Shown here: positions 1 to 15,516 of the stretch, piece after piece | Layout of the letters: every line of letters starts with the position of its first letter | Numbering within the stretch: position 1 is the stretch's first letter | NCBI RefSeq assembly: GCF_009914755.1 | Contig: NC_060928.1 | Source of the DNA: the human T2T-CHM13v2.0 reference genome, Homo sapiens | Strand: one strand, 5' to 3' | DNA length: 64,000 bases | The notes under the pieces: generated by a model | Database searches by the model: none | Seen by the model: the letters and a program-made list of their open reading frames with translations, nothing else | What the model was told of the DNA's origin: nothing | Position numbers and translations under genes: made by a program

Positions 1-1167
1 TATATTTATACATGAGGCTCGGTATACTTAATGTATAATGAAAAAAGAAGAATCCACTGAGAATGACTCATATCATATGGTGAGATTAAAAATATTTTAC
101 TATAGGTAGTTCTGAAATGGTGAGCCTATATTTTAAAATTCCATCATATTATGTTTCAGGTAATACATTCTCTGTCATAGGATGTAAGGCTGAGAAAGCT
201 ATTGCTTCGGAAAAAGTTAGTCAGGCCAGGACAGAAAGCCAGCAAACAAAAGACAACCCTCAACTCTTAAATTCTAGATGGATGTTAAACTCTGGGGTGA
301 GATAAGAACTTGAAAGAAAAGGTTTCTAAGTGTGAAAGGCCTGTTGTTTTTGAGAATAATCAGCTCAAAGTTTGTTCCCTAAAGTGTATTTTTGAAAGAT
401 TATATTATGGTATGAGGCAATTTTATGGCTAAAAATGAAACAAAAATATCTCTAGTGCTGAGATGAGGAAAGAGGGCATGAGAGGTAAAGTAAGAGTTAG
501 TCTTTGATGAGTGTTTCAGCACAAGCTATCCCCATCCCTGGGCTAAAGTCTGCAGAGTTGGGGCAATAAATCAGTAAAATATCGACTATCTGAGAGCAGA
601 AGAAACTTGTGTTCTATCTGGAATTTGGGTGTGAACAGCTGCCTTGGAGTTTTCCCTGTGCCAATACCGAGCAGGACAGTAGAACTGGCTCTTCCACGGG
701 AAGAGGCTGCACACCTAGTGTAGTTTCCACATCCCCCAAATAAACAAGGTAGGGACATGCGAATCTCTGTTCCATGAGGAGAGGTGATGACTCTGGAGCT
801 ATAGACACAACATGGTTCATATAAGATGAGTTCATTATAGGATATAAATGCCCTCCTATGATGCTATGATGTTCTGTATGTAAAACTTAGAATACTTGTA
901 ACTTTGGCATTTTCTTAGGGAGAAAGAAGTGACTCAGTCTAAACCTTAAATGACTGAGAAGAACTGGGATTCCTTGATCATATAATCTGCCATCAGGATG
1001 AATGGCATTATGAAGTAGACAGGATGTTGTCTAAAAATTTTTGTAAAGCAAAATTTTTATACAACCGTATATATATGACTAAAATGTCACATGGGAGAGC
1101 ACAGTATGCATCAAACATTGGTTGCAATTCCTTAGTAGGCCATCAATTAACTTAATTGCATCCAGCA

Positions 1168-1968
<801 letters not shown>

Positions 1969-2744
1969 AGTAGGATTCTAGGAAAGCACAGATTATCATA
2001 ATAGCAGTGAGTTGATTACCAGTCCCCTGCACTGGCTGGCAGATTTATTGAGTGGAAGAAATAGTTCCTGCAAAGAGGCTGGAGAATCCTTGAAAAAAAA
2101 AGAAAAAGTAACAGACTGACTACTGCTGAAGCCAGAAAGGATAGCACAATATTTGCTTTTGACCCTGGTGAGGTCAATGCCACTGACAGGGCTATATATT
2201 ATAGATTTCAGTAGAAGTGTTGATTTGTAGTCAGGGTCCAATTTCCCTAAAGCTGAAGATTGGCTTGATAATGTGAGGAAAATTCATGTACCTAAAGGGA
2301 CCTGTGAAAGGAAATATGCCTTCTGATGTTTCAACTGAACAGCTATTAAATTTTTGTTAGCAGGATCAGGTAGGGCAGTGACAAATTCAGTATTTCATTA
2401 GATTCTCTTTTCTTTGGTGATAAAGGAAGGCTATGGAAGGTTAGCTTTCTGAAAATGATTAATATGTGTAAAAAACATTGATAAACCTTTTTGAGTAATT
2501 TCTAGGGTTCACTGAAGTACAATAACAAGTAAGATTAACAATACAGAACGATAAGTAGGATAGGAAATATATTAGATAAATAATCTTGTTTCAGCATTTT
2601 AGATGGAAGCTGTCTACTTTGTGCTTTCCTCAGCTTGATCGAAAGATCTTTGGTTAGAAAACTTGCTCTATTTTCTGTCTTTGAAAGATTCTTAAGAATT
2701 CTTGGCTGAAGCTCTCCCAATAAAATAGATGTCCAATTGTCCAG

Positions 2745-4795
2745 GTAAGATGGTTTGAATTTTTTTTAAATTAGAGAACATAGATCCAAAAACAATGCCT
2801 TAGGAGTTTACCATGGTACTACTGTTGATAATACCTGGTAAGGTCTTTTTATCAAGGTTTGTGGGTGGTCTTATTTCAGAGGAACAAATCTTACTTAGGT
2901 TCTGTTTAGTGTGATGTTATGGGCAGGCCACTTGTACTTGCTGTAGATAAGACTGGGTATATGCATTAATCCATTGCAATACTTGGATTGCAAGTATTGC
3001 AACAGAGATTAAAGGTGTAATTCCTAGATACATGGGATGGCCTCTTATTAATTTATAAGGTGAAAGCTGATGGATGCCAGAAAGAGTTGATTTTAATGTC
3101 ATTAAAGCTTAGGAAATACCTTAGGCCAGAAAAAGTTGAAGACACCTGGATGCATTGCTTAGTTCAGTTTTAGAGTTTCATTTATTTTCTCTACTTTTTC
3201 TGAATATTGAGGATGAAATTTCTCTTAGTAAAACCTAAGGCTTTGCAAAGTGCATTAAGAAGAGTCCCAGGGAAATGTGTGCCCTGTCACTGAAGTGAAG
3301 GGTTACATTTCCCCATGTCAGAAGCAAACAAACAAAAAAATCAAATAACTTTTTCACTACCATCACAGCTTTTCCCTCCAGCAAGAAAAAGCCTCAATCC
3401 ATCTTGAGAATAAGCAAACAATAACTAAAAGATATTTATTGTCCTGTCATGGGAATGATTGGGGTTGAAGGTATTCAAAGGGACTTGGAACCTTCTTTTC
3501 AGTCTTGGCAGGATTAGGCTGTTGGCAAGTAAGATATACACTGGAAACATCTTTGGCAAGACTCTTAAAATTACCCAGGTAATGATGTTTCAATATCATG
3601 TCCAATTTTGTTATGTTAATTTAGGTTAACTTATTTAGGTAACAATTTAGGTAAAATAATAAAGCATTTTTGCTAAACTCCAGAAGATAATTTGTTATGA
3701 TCAGACAACAGTTTTATAACACCATATTATCTTTAAGTAATGTGCATTCTGACCTCCCCTAATTCTTTCCATCTGAATCAGGGGCTTATCTTTGGCAATT
3801 AATGATAGCATCTTTGAATCACTCCAGAGTTTTTCCTATTTGGGAGGTGATGGGTACAATCATTTTAGTAAATGCTGCTTGTTTAGCATAGGCCAGTTAG
3901 GTCATTATCATAGGATTCTGGATCATTATGCTTTGAATGAGTCTCTACTTTTATTATGGGTAAAAGCTTAATTTGTTTTCATTTTTATGTAAGTATCCGC
4001 AGAGAACAGGAAACCTCTTTTATTCTAAAGCATTACCACATCATAGACCACCTTACAAGCATACTTACTGTCTGTACAAACATTTGCTCTTTAACTCTTG
4101 TTACTTGGCTGTCTCAGAGGCGTGATAAATTCAGCCATTTGGCTGATTTAACTTTTTGGTAGAAGCTCAGATTTCAGTTGTGAATTTAGATTTGTGATAG
4201 CCTGCTTATCATTTTCCATTTCTTATTTTTAGGTACAAACAAAATTAAATCAGGATTGTCCAGGGGTGTTTCCAGAAAATTCTCCCACAGAGGTCAAACA
4301 ATAAATAATGAGATTTTCCTTCCTTAGGTAAAAAAATGAGAGTTGCTGGGTACCTGGTGTTATAGCAACCGATAGAGATCTTTAAAGGGGAAAGTAACAA
4401 TTTCATAGGAAGTAAGGTATCTAGCTGAGGAATGCTGAATCTGCACATTATGAGGAATCATCACATTGGTAGAGACAATAGAACCTTGTCAGCTGAAGCT
4501 TTCACAAGCTCTGCTACCACATCTTTTACACAGGGTAGATATGCATTGGCCAATGGACTGAAATAAAAAATGGGTTTCTGATTGTTTCCCTGTAGTTGAG
4601 ACAGTATTCTATTGCCTGCCCAGAACATTGGGTATAAAAAGACAAAAGTGTTTGTAATAGCTAAACAAAAGAAAGGGGCCTTCTTTAGTCTAGTTTCCCA
4701 GGAAAAAGGTTCAGTGATCTCAGCAGAATTCAGCATCCTGGGCTCCAATATCCAGATATCCTTAAAAGGCCTAGGATTCCTTTTGGTAACTGCAC
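2745..4795 (-). mobile_element. Decayed class I (ERV1/gamma-like) endogenous retrovirus pol: RT thumb/connection, RNase H, integrase
   Basis: Collinear minus-strand remnants: LSQLQGNNQKPIFYFS..LANAYLPCVK (connection); CYNTRYPATLIFLP (TLNPATLLP tether); ETPLDNPDLILFV and ANVCTDSKYA..RGFL (RNase H); KYLLVIVCLFSRWIEAF, HPQYSEKVEKINETLK, LSPYKLIRGHPM and RPYQVL (integrase). Many stops and frameshifts. Confidence 0.88.
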
Positions 4796-4819
4796 TAGGA
4801 ATTTCCTAGGCTGTAGAGA

Positions 4820-5030
4820 TGATTCATTCTTTATAATGGTCATGTCGATCCATTGTACAAATAGTTTATACTTTTTCTTTTAACTAGTCCTCTGTTGGTA
4901 GACTATTGGGCTGTTTCTGGTCTTTTGCTGTTGAGATAATGAAGCTATAAGTAGCCAGAATATATGTCACACATGTGTGACCCTATCTACGGGTGGAAAT
5001 GTCTTTGGGAATAGCTGGACATGGGGTAAA
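4820..5030 (-). mobile_element. Old L1 (L1M) fragment
   Basis: ttcattcttt...tccattgta...ttgggctgtttctggtcttttgctgtt resembles an antisense L1 ORF2 end. Confidence 0.6.
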
Positions 5031-5431
5031 AGAATGCTGGCAGAACTTGCTTCTCTGTTCATCCCTAGCTTCCCATTCTGGGTTGTCCTTATTCTCAGGC
5101 ATGCTCTTCCTTCATTGCCTGGCAAGCACTCTGTAGGCAGACTGACCGCATTTAAACCCTGGATCTATTACTTACTGGTAGTGTGATTTGTGAAAGTGAA
5201 CCTGTAGATACATACATCTATATGCCTAATATATCCCATTGTCACTACAAAATACAACATAAAATTAAAATCTAAAAAAAAAGATGCATAGTGAAGAAAA
5301 TTCAAAGCCAATTTATTAAAATATAATACTGATTATGTTTGGTTGGATATTGGCACATCATTTCAATGCATACATTTTGAAAAAATATCTATGCAAATAT
5401 GTATTGCCTTTATAATAATAAAATAACCAAT

Positions 5432-5545
5432 AATCCATTCAACAAACTCTTATTGAGTGTCTACTTAGCTAGACACTCATCTGGGCAGCAAGGATAGAGG
5501 AGTGAGCAAGAGACAAAACTCCCTGCCCTGTGGAGCTCACATTCT
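5432..5545 (-). mobile_element. L2 3' fragment
   Basis: cattcaacaaactcttattgagtgtctac...ccctgccctgtggagctcacattct. Confidence 0.8.
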
Positions 5546-5599
5546 CATGACAATAGCACTCCATGAAGAATGCAACGGAAGCAGACCTGGATTAGACAA

Positions 5600-5790
5600 G
5601 AGAAATGTGGGCTTTGTCCTAACTGATACCTGCAGCTGTGTGACCTTCAGGAAGTCACTCAACGTCACTGAACCTCAGTATTCTCACCTAAAAGATAGGG
5701 ATCCAATACCTATTAACAGGGTTACTGTGAGAATTGAGTAAAGTCATGGGTGTGTGAGTAGTCTGAAATGTAAATCATTGTACAAATATG
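5600..5790 (+). mobile_element. MIR
   Basis: Core gctgtgtgaccttcaggaagtcactcaacgtcactgaacctcagt. Confidence 0.75.
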
Positions 5791-6814
5791 AGGTATAATA
5801 ATAAGGTATAATTATTGTGGGCTTTTCTAAGTAAAGAACAATATTGTCAAATTATTTTTTTATTACTGTGTCTGTAAGAAGTATTAAAGGATGCTATATT
5901 TAAATCCTTTCTACTGGAATTGCTGAAAAGTATGAAGAGCTATCTGAATGTAAAATTCTGCCTTTAGTTTTACATGAGGAATAAAATGTGCAAAATCTCT
6001 TTTTTTTCGTTTAAATAGAAACAGAAAAGAATTTTTAGGATCAAACTCATGGTCAAAGTTTTTATCATCTAGGGAAGGTATTACATTTTTACCACCACTT
6101 AAAGTGCATTTGCTAAATTCTGTCCAACTTCCAAAAAATTCAATTAAATTTAAGCCATAATTACGTTCTCTTGATTTAAATATTGTTGAATGCATGCAAT
6201 GTTATTTTTTGGTTCAGCTATTTCATTTTCATCAAATATTATTATTGAGCTATCTCATCTAAGGAAAGAGTGTATGGAGTTACTTACATTGTGAGTCATA
6301 GAGTTTTAGCAGTAGAAAGAACATTAAGGATTCTCCAACCCAATCCCCCATTTTACATTTGAAAAAGTAGAGCTCCTAGAAAGCTAAATGGCTTTCACTC
6401 ATAGCCAGTGAGGTCAACAGCTGGGCAGGGCCTCCTGGTTTTTGGCTCCCAGTTCAGCCCAACCAGCTTAGTGATCATTCCAATATAGTCAAGTCTCTCA
6501 ACACTGTATGTCTCCTTTATAAGGTCCCATGGATCCCTGGAGCAGAGTGTCCAGTGATACAGGAAATGAAAACTTAATAGTTTATTGTTAGATAACATCA
6601 GTGTCATTTTTCTATTGTATACTGAATATTCCTGTAGTTGAATTTTTAAAATGTTTACTTAGTTGAACTCGTCCTTTCTCTTTCTTTTGGTCCAAGTTGC
6701 ATTGTCACTCCAGTGTTTCTCTTCTAACAATCAAGCTCCAGAATTCAAGACCAGAGCAATAAAAAGTCTCACTCTCAACTTTTCCTTTCAAGTTAGATTT
6801 ATATCTTCATTTAG

Positions 6815-7202
<388 letters not shown>

Positions 7203-10200
7203 TGATCCACAATTCTTTGAAATCTCAAACATCTATCTTAGAGGCAGAAAAACAAACAAGCGAAGCAAACAACAAAACCTTGCAGTTGTGCTCCTGACTG
7301 TTTACAATGGTGTAAGAAACTAGCACTGTCCCATTTCATGGCTCCCATCAACACTACTTGTAATGTAGAAGACTCACACCCACCCCCAAAGAGCCCTGTG
7401 CTGGCTTCATCCTGCTTTTTCTCTGCAAGTGTTGGCTACTCTGGAAGGCCTTTGAATTATTTCACATGTGACAAAATCCATCATCAGCATCCTCTCTGAT
7501 AAGGCCACCCTTCTCCTTTTCTGTTGTTCGTGACTTGTTCTTACTTTAAAGGATGCAGGGAGGTAGAATTTCTGTTTCTGCACCAGCTCTGGCATTTATT
7601 AGTCTTTATTGCCTTTAGCTCTGGCAAGCAGTGTTTTTAGCTCCATCCAGAGGCCTGCAAACAACAGGTACCTCATAAGTTTCACAAGGTCGTTACTAAT
7701 GATTACCGCTCCTCAGCACCTTGGTTAGAGTTGATCAAGATTTGTTTTCCAAAAGAAAATGGCCTTTGATTAGGCATGGGCTGTGTTAAGTGCAGCTAAA
7801 AACAATAGGCCGATCCTTATTTTTAATGTTTTTATTACCAGTGAGTAAATGTTATTTTTGAAGTAAGACTCTACGTAAGTATTTTGAATGATCAATGTTC
7901 ATGCAAGTTGGAAAAATGTAGCAGTGAACATACTTCTGACCATCACTTTTGCCATTTGAATCTGAAGCTTATATTTGCCTGCACTTTTGATCATTAAAAA
8001 TAAACACTTGAAAAATAATTATGACTATCAGGTCAAAGTTTGCTAACATATTTCGACATTGTGTCAGTGAATAGAGAAGCCAAACAAAGGAAATATGGTA
8101 GAAAAAAAGGACTTTGAGTAGGAATCTAGGAAGAGCCTCTGTAACTTGCTGTGTGACCCTAAGCAACCTACTTCATCACTCTGAGTCTGTCTCTTTAAAG
8201 TGAGGCTGTTGACTGGATTAGCTGATAGAGCGCTTCTGGCATTAATTATCTATAATATTCTACATCTCTGTGGTTTTTTTACTTACTAGGAATTACTAGG
8301 TGTGGAGGGGTGAGATGGTTTTCATTTTGTTTCTGAATCAACAAGGTATATTGTTCATTTCTCATCATTTGAGACCATCTGTTTCATGACACTGCAGATT
8401 TACAGCCCATGTTTCAAGGCACCCACATTATCTATATTGCAAATGCGGAGGGTCACAGAATGTTTTTAATAAGTTAGAACCAAAACAGCAGGACCATTAC
8501 ATAAGCTTCTCAGAACAGGCATGTGTTAAAGAAACTAATCACAGAAGCTCAAGTCATAACATTAAGCAGAACCCAAAGAGGAATATTTACCCTCTATTGC
8601 AAACAGTCATTTTTAGTTGGCCCATGGTTGAGTGTAATGTTTCGATAATACGTTTAAAGGGCAGAGTTTGCAAGCTCCTGATGCACAGACTGTTATTAAC
8701 ATACATTTTTTCTTCTTTTATCGAAGTGATAAATTCTCCATGATTATTTTGTGATGTAGTCAGAGGGAAGTCATTGAATTTTTACAGTTTCACAATGCAT
8801 GTGCTTTCCAAGACCCTGTAGAGCCATGGGACTTCATTTTGGTTTATAAGTAGGCAAAGGCGGAGTAAGAGGAAACTTGAGTAAAACTAATGTCAACAAA
8901 AAGAAAAAATTTGAAGGCTAAGGTTTTCTTTTATCTGAAATCAGGTTTAGTTTCAATGCAATTTCCTCTTTTGATCCTGCTGTCTGCAATAATGTCAGCA
9001 ACCTTGAGTTTATTTATGGCTCCTTGGTATAATCTCACTGTGTGTGGAAGCCTGGTACCAGGCTTCCCTAAATACTTTGGTGATAAAGGTCAGTCCAGAG
9101 CAGAATTATGAGGGGAAGCAGCTATCTTTACTCTCTTCATTTGATTTAGCAGTTACATATAAACCCAGAGTTAGAAGTGGGCCTCTATAAAAGAGGAAGA
9201 CTTAGAGGTGGATATGTAGATTTGTATTTTATAGACATACACACATATATATCTAAGTAGGCATTCAAATATGGCCTGGTAAGTTGAATTTAGGAAGAGA
9301 TAGCTGAGCTCAAAATAGCAAAAATCAGAAGGATTATAATGACCATCAAATAGCAGTTTCCACTTGTATCTCCAGGTCTGCAATCAAGGCTAACACTCAG
9401 TCATAATCAATGAAAGAAAGTCAACAACACAAACGGGGTCTCCACATTCTTGAGTTTCTGACACTTTGGTTCTACACCCCCCTAGTAGGAAACTCAACTG
9501 ACTCTCTTAAAATTTTGACTTAACAGTTGTGAAAACGTCTTAAATGATAGGGAATTTACCTAAACTTGGAGATCAAATATTAATTACAGCTGAAATAACA
9601 CCCTTTACAGCCTGCTTTGTTTAGCAGCGTCTTTCTTTTATCCATCAAAAATGATGAAGAGATATTTGTTTGGATTTTCAAATTCCATTTGCTCTGTTAA
9701 AACAGCATTGCAGCCAAAAGACTCTAATGAAAGTTTCCCTGTGACAAGCCTAAACAATGATCCAATAGGAATTAAAAACCAAACTAATGAGAAAATGATG
9801 TAAAAGGCCAGCTTTCTGCTCTCCCCACAAGGATTTTAATTACAGAGAAATCAACAGCTGTGCCAGGGGTAACACAGGCGTGCTGGCCATGCAAAATAAC
9901 ACCTTGGAAGGAATGAGTTTGAAGTAAATGGGCTGGAAATATTGGTTTTCCAAGCAATCAACAACAACACATGAGGGGCAATATAGAGCCTTTAATTTGG
10001 TTAAGTGTGCTGATCCCAAACTTAAGTATAGCAAATGAATTCCCACAAGTGTGTGGATACATGTGACCCTTGATTAAATGGAAAAATAATCTTCCACATA
10101 CACTGCCAGTCACAAGACCTGGGAAAGCAAGATGAAGTCCAGCCCAGGAGGACTTCAAAACCCACTGTATATTTTCCCTATGTATGAAAGTAAGTGTTCT

Positions 10201-10639
10201 TCTGACCCTATCACTCACTGTAGGAATATAATGTTATTTCATATTGTTGTTTGTTTCCTGTACAGCTCACCTTATATAGAATATTTTGAACAAAAGTTTT
10301 TTCTCTCACTTCAGGAGGGCTTATATCTTTTTCTCCTCCTGCCCCTTTCTACATGAAGGTTATGGTTAAACTGAAATTACCTAAAACATGCTTTTATTAG
10401 TCAGCTCACTAATGAGAAGCTTAAATATATCCCTGGATACTAGAAATACTACTGTGTCAACCAATAAAGTAAACCAAAAACCAATCTCAAATAGGTTCAA
10501 AATAGTATAATAATGCAAATCCAAAGCAAATAGAAAATATTTTCAGTCTTTGTGATTAGACAATAACCTTGAGCTTTTATTACTTTTTTTTTCCATGAGT
10601 ATTGTGTTACATTTGACCCATGACTTCAGTGTTCTATGA

Positions 10640-10945
10640 CAGCGGTCCCCAACCTTTTTGGCACCAGGGACTGGTTTCCACCTACAGAGGTGGGGAAGAT
10701 GATTTCGGGATGAAACTGTTCTCAGGCATTAGATTCTCATAAGGAGCACACAACCTAGATCACTTGCATGCACAGTTCACAATAGGGTTTGCGCTCTATG
10801 AATCTAATGCCGCCGCTGATCTGACAGGAGGCAGAGCTCTGGCGGTAGTGCCCTCTTGCCTACAACTCACCTCCTGCTATGTGGCCTGGTTCCTAACAGG
10901 CCACGGACCGGTACAGGTCTGTGACCCTTAAGTTGGGGATCCCTG
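10640..10945. mobile_element. MER1B-like hAT-Charlie non-autonomous DNA transposon
   Basis: TIRs cagcggtccccaac / gttggggatccctg; perfect 8-bp TSD ttctatga at 10632-10639 and 10946-10953. Confidence 0.93.
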
Positions 10946-11697
10946 TTCTATGACACATCACAGAATGAAAGACAATCATTTTTGTTGAGGAAAGGAAATA
11001 AGCACTTCAGTTCACCAATTAGGGGTGTGGCAAGGTGCAGCTCTGTTTACTCACTCTGGACATTCTTTTCCTGGGGACAGGCAGCTGGACACGCTGACCA
11101 TGTGGGATGACACAGCTCAGTCTCTCAGGGCTTCCTGCACAGGACGGCAGCTTTGGGAAGTGGAAAGAGCCAGTGGTTGGAGTCCCACTTGAGTTCAAAG
11201 TTCATTTAGCTCAGCTGTGTGATTCAAGTAGCTTGCTTAACCTTTCCGAGCCTTGTTTTGCTTAATTAAGCAACTTACCCGAGGTAGCCTTGTTAGAAGG
11301 TAGAAGAGCCAGCATTTGAATTTAAGGCTGTCTGACTTTAAGCCTGTGCTAACTTTATTTCTGTTTTCATGGTAAAGATGCATGTCTCACATGTAGCCAA
11401 TATACAGAAGATTAAACATATATTGATTTCATTAGAAGGATCTACTTCCTTCCTGAATGCTTCGCAAAATTCTGGCTGCTGCACACTTTATAACAAGATA
11501 GTTCTGTGAGGCCATGGCTCTCAACCCTAACCGAGTGTTCTGTGGCTGTGTTCCACCTGCAGCTCTGCTCTGCTCCCATGCCCCCAGGTTCTTCTCTGTG
11601 CTGTGCCAATGCTAGAAACTGCTGAGGGAAAGAAAGTCTACATTTCAATGTAGAAGCCCCATCTTCAGAGTCAGTGATAATGGTCTCCTGATCTGCA

Positions 11698-11760
11698 CAA
11701 AAAAAAAAAAAACAAAAACAAAAAACAAAAGAACAAAAACAAAAACAAAAACAGGAAAAC
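11698..11760. repeat. A-rich/(AAAAAC)n simple repeat
   Basis: Seen directly. Confidence 0.9.
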
Positions 11761-11780
11761 AGGGCTACATTCTGGCAGTG

Positions 11781-12097
11781 TTTTGTTTTTTTGTTTTTTT
11801 TAATTTTTGAGACAGGGTCTTGGTCTTGCTCTATCACCCAAGCTGGAGTGCAGTGGAATGATCATGGCTCCCTGCAGCCTTGACTTCCAGGGCTCAGTGA
11901 ATCCTCCCACCTCAGCCGCCTTAGTAGCAGGGACTACAGGCACGTGCCACCAAGCCTGGCTAATATTTTTTATTTTTAGTAGAGACAAAGTCTCGCTCTG
12001 TTTCCCAGGCTGGTCTTGAACTCCTGGGCTCAAGCGATCCTCCCTCCTTGGCCCTACAAAGTGCTGGGATTATGGGTGAGAGTCACTGAGCCTGGCC
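11781..12097 (-). mobile_element. AluJ-like
   Basis: Antisense full dimer ending gagcctggcc. Confidence 0.93.
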
Positions 12098-12344
12098 TCT
12101 GGAAGTTTTTGTTTGTTTGTTTGTTGGTTTGTTTTTTTGCTCCCTTTCTTATTTTATTTTAGATTTGTATTGAAACTGTTTCTAAAGTCCTGGGTACCTC
12201 CTTCTTCCTTTGCTCCCCATGCTAAAGACTCAGAAAATATCTGGGATTCTATCTGTTGGCTATACATTGCTACTGCTGGAGCTGGAAGTCACCTCGATAG
12301 GCATTGCCTCCACTCAGCTGTCAGAAAAAAAAGTTTAGTATTCA

Positions 12345-12472
12345 GTAGACTAGACTTTCTGGGAAGGCAGTGACCATGTCTGGTTTTTCCCTATTTTTGG
12401 CCCATTACCTAGCATGGTGCCTGGGTCACGGGGAGCACTTCATAAATATTTGCCAAATGCATAAGTGAATAA
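12345..12472 (+). mobile_element. L2 3' end
   Basis: cctagcatggtgcctgg...ataaatatttgccaaatgcataagtgaat. Confidence 0.75.
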
Positions 12473-12699
12473 ACTATTATAAAACTTGTCACAGGTTGTC
12501 TTTCCTCTCAAGTCTTCACTATTTGTTTCATATCCAGTAACTTCATACAGTGGATACATTTGTCTAGATGCTAACGGGTATATTTACAACTAGAACATTC
12601 TTGTGAATTTATAAGAAACCATGTTTTTCAATATTAGTCATGTGCTGGTAGTGTTTCCCAGCTTTTTCTAAGGTCACACAGGGCAACATGTATTGTAAA

Positions 12700-14410
12700 A
12701 TAATAACTTTATTTTTTAGACAATATTAGATTGATAGAAAAATTGTAAAGGGAGGACAGAGGGTCCTCATCTACCCCATAGCCGGTATCCTATTATTAGC
12801 ATCATATGTTAGGATGGCACATTTGTTACAGTTAACGGACCAATACTGATACATTATTATTAAACAAAGTTCACACTTTACTGAGATTTCCTCAGTTTTT
12901 ACCTAATGTCCTTTTTCCTTTCCAGGATCCCATTGAAGTTACCATGCTACATTTAATAGTCATGTCTCTTGGGCTCCTCTTGGTTGAGATAATTTCTCAG
13001 GCTATCTTTGATTTTGATGACCTTGACAGTTTTGAGTAGTACTGGTCAGGCATTTTGCAACAGGTCCCTCAACTGGAATTTGATGATCTTTATCATGATT
13101 AGATTGAGGTAGTAGGATTTTGGCACCCAGAAAGATCATAGAGATAAAGTACCATTTTTCACCACTTCATGTGTCAGAGTAATTACTATCAAGATGACTT
13201 ATCATTGCTGATGGTGACCTTAATCACCTGACTGTGATGGGGTTTTGTCAGGTTTTTCTTCGGTGAAGTTACTTCCTCCACTTGGCTTTCCTTACTGTAC
13301 GCTTTGGAAGGCAGTCACTGTGCACAGCTTACACTTGAGGAGTGGAGAGTTTTGCTTTCTACACCCTCCAGGGAGAGTATGTACATACATTATTTGGAAT
13401 TCTGCCTGGAAGATTTGTCTCTTCTTCCCTACTTATTAATTAATTTATTTATTTACATTAATGTAAAACCATGAATATTTATTTATGGTTTAAGTTATAA
13501 TCCAATACTACTTTATTAATTTTGTTGCTCAAATTTTTCCTGGTTTGGCATTGGGAGCACTTTCAGTTGGTTCGCGTGTTCTAATGACATATACTTATTG
13601 TGGGGTTTAAAACTTTTTAATTATTTTTTAAATTATTTTCTTACTTTCTGGTAGTATAAAATGTTCCAGACTCATCTTGTGTATTTCATGTCCCAGTCAT
13701 AGAATCAACCATTTCTCAAAGGAACGCTGAATCCTTTTTTGGAGAATGGTGTTAGAAACAAAGATTTGGGTACTAGATGCGCCCATTGTGATTAGGGTCT
13801 CATTGCTTCTAGGCCTTCTCAGCTGACAAAGCATAGGAATATGTGTATGTATACTAACCTTTGTATATACAAAACTGATAAATATTATATTTCTACATAT
13901 AAATATTTATATTTATATTAATCAAAACATGAATATATACTGGCATCTCTGACTCTAATTCATTATCACATGAATCATTCTAGCCTCCTGTCCTTACTTA
14001 CCTGTAAACTCCCACTCTAACAGCGAGAAACCTGCCTTCCACCATCTGTAATCCATTTACCTAATTGCACAGTTTCATTATACATGCATAGCATTCTCAG
14101 AATTGTATAACTTTTGCCCTCATTGGGAAGAACTTTATCAAGTAGACTACCGTGCTTACATACAGCTTATGTTGGCCTGAACCTCACAAAATTTATTTAC
14201 CAAGTTACTGAGGTCAGCAACTTTTTTCCATACTTTCTTCAGTGAGATTATTTCATACATTTATAATACGGTAAGATTCTATGATCAAAGTCTGCATTCT
14301 ATTCTGGGATCCTCCGAGCTCCTAAATGATTTTGTAATATTTGCATATATTAAGGTATACATAGTCATTGTGCTGTAAAGTTTAATGGATTTTAAAATTG
14401 AAAAGTGTGC
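12700..14410 (-). mobile_element. L1MC/L1MD-like 3' UTR region
   Basis: catttgttacagttaacggaccaatactgatacattattattaa...ttacctaatgtcctttt...ccaggatccc; boundaries approximate. Confidence 0.8.
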
Positions 14411-15516
14411 AACATCTACTTTTTTAACATGGCCAAAATCATTATGACCACGTTATACACTGTAAAAATGTGTATTTTTAAGCAATTACTTCCCATGTAT
14501 AAAATGGACACCTTTTTTAAATCATATTGTTTGTGTTTGAACACTGTATGTATAGTTGAGATGGCCCTCCATTCTATGTGTATTTTTGCTTAGATTCTTC
14601 AATTCCATGAATTGAATTCCATGTAATTAACACATCTTCATGTTTTGCTTTTAATGTGCATGGAGTAATTGCAATCCGCAATTCAAAACCTCAGCTCCTC
14701 ACCAGAGAATTCAAACTGAAGTGACTATGCTATTCTATCTTTATCAGAATCCCACCTTAGAAAAATATTCATGATCAGACTAAATCAAGGCTATGTTTTG
14801 TGGAACACTGACTCCTTTGATAAGATATTCTGAAGTTCTATCAAACCAGATTATCAAGTACATGCTGGTGCCATATTGTCTTGGCCCCAGGTAGATTGTC
14901 TACATGGACCTTGTGTTTTAAGGTTAAGCCTTAGGCTTTTTGTTGAGGGATTGGAACAAACAGCCACATTAATAGCCCTCACTGCACTTGCTATAGGAAG
15001 ACTGTTGAATATATTTTTTATTACATAACCTCATCTCTCTACCTTCCAGAAAGGAGTTCCAAATGAGAAATGCAGGCATTTTTTAATGAAGAGCTTTTTA
15101 GATATTCACTTAGGGGAATATAATTACTCATATAAGCTTTTCAAAGAAAATCATCCTCAGCTAGGAAGATAGCTCCTCATATGATTGTTCAATTTTGCAC
15201 AAACAGGAATGGGATGAATACAACACACATTTTGCTGGTCAGGTCATATAAATAAGCCGTGGTAAATAAATGTGCTGAGTTAATGCCAGATCACTCTCAC
15301 ATCCAATTCTATTTAAAATTTAGTGCTAGGAAACACTTTATTTCTTTAAGGAATTGGCATGATACCATTCCTCTACGGCATTATGATCTATGTAACTGGC
15401 CACGTCTTCTTTTTAACTTGGCCATCAAAAAGAGTTTAGAATTTGAAATTCGACTTGAATAACTACCTAGCCTTTGTAATTAACACATCACTGTTACTAA
15501 TTTTGTATTCTCATGA

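Noticed and set aside
543-835. Minus-strand ORFs as a possible ERV env
   Set aside because: No furin site, immunosuppressive domain or CX6CC motif visible.
11170-11350. Adjacent oppositely oriented MIR fragments as a miRNA-like hairpin
   Set aside because: Too diverged to show convincing pairing by eye.
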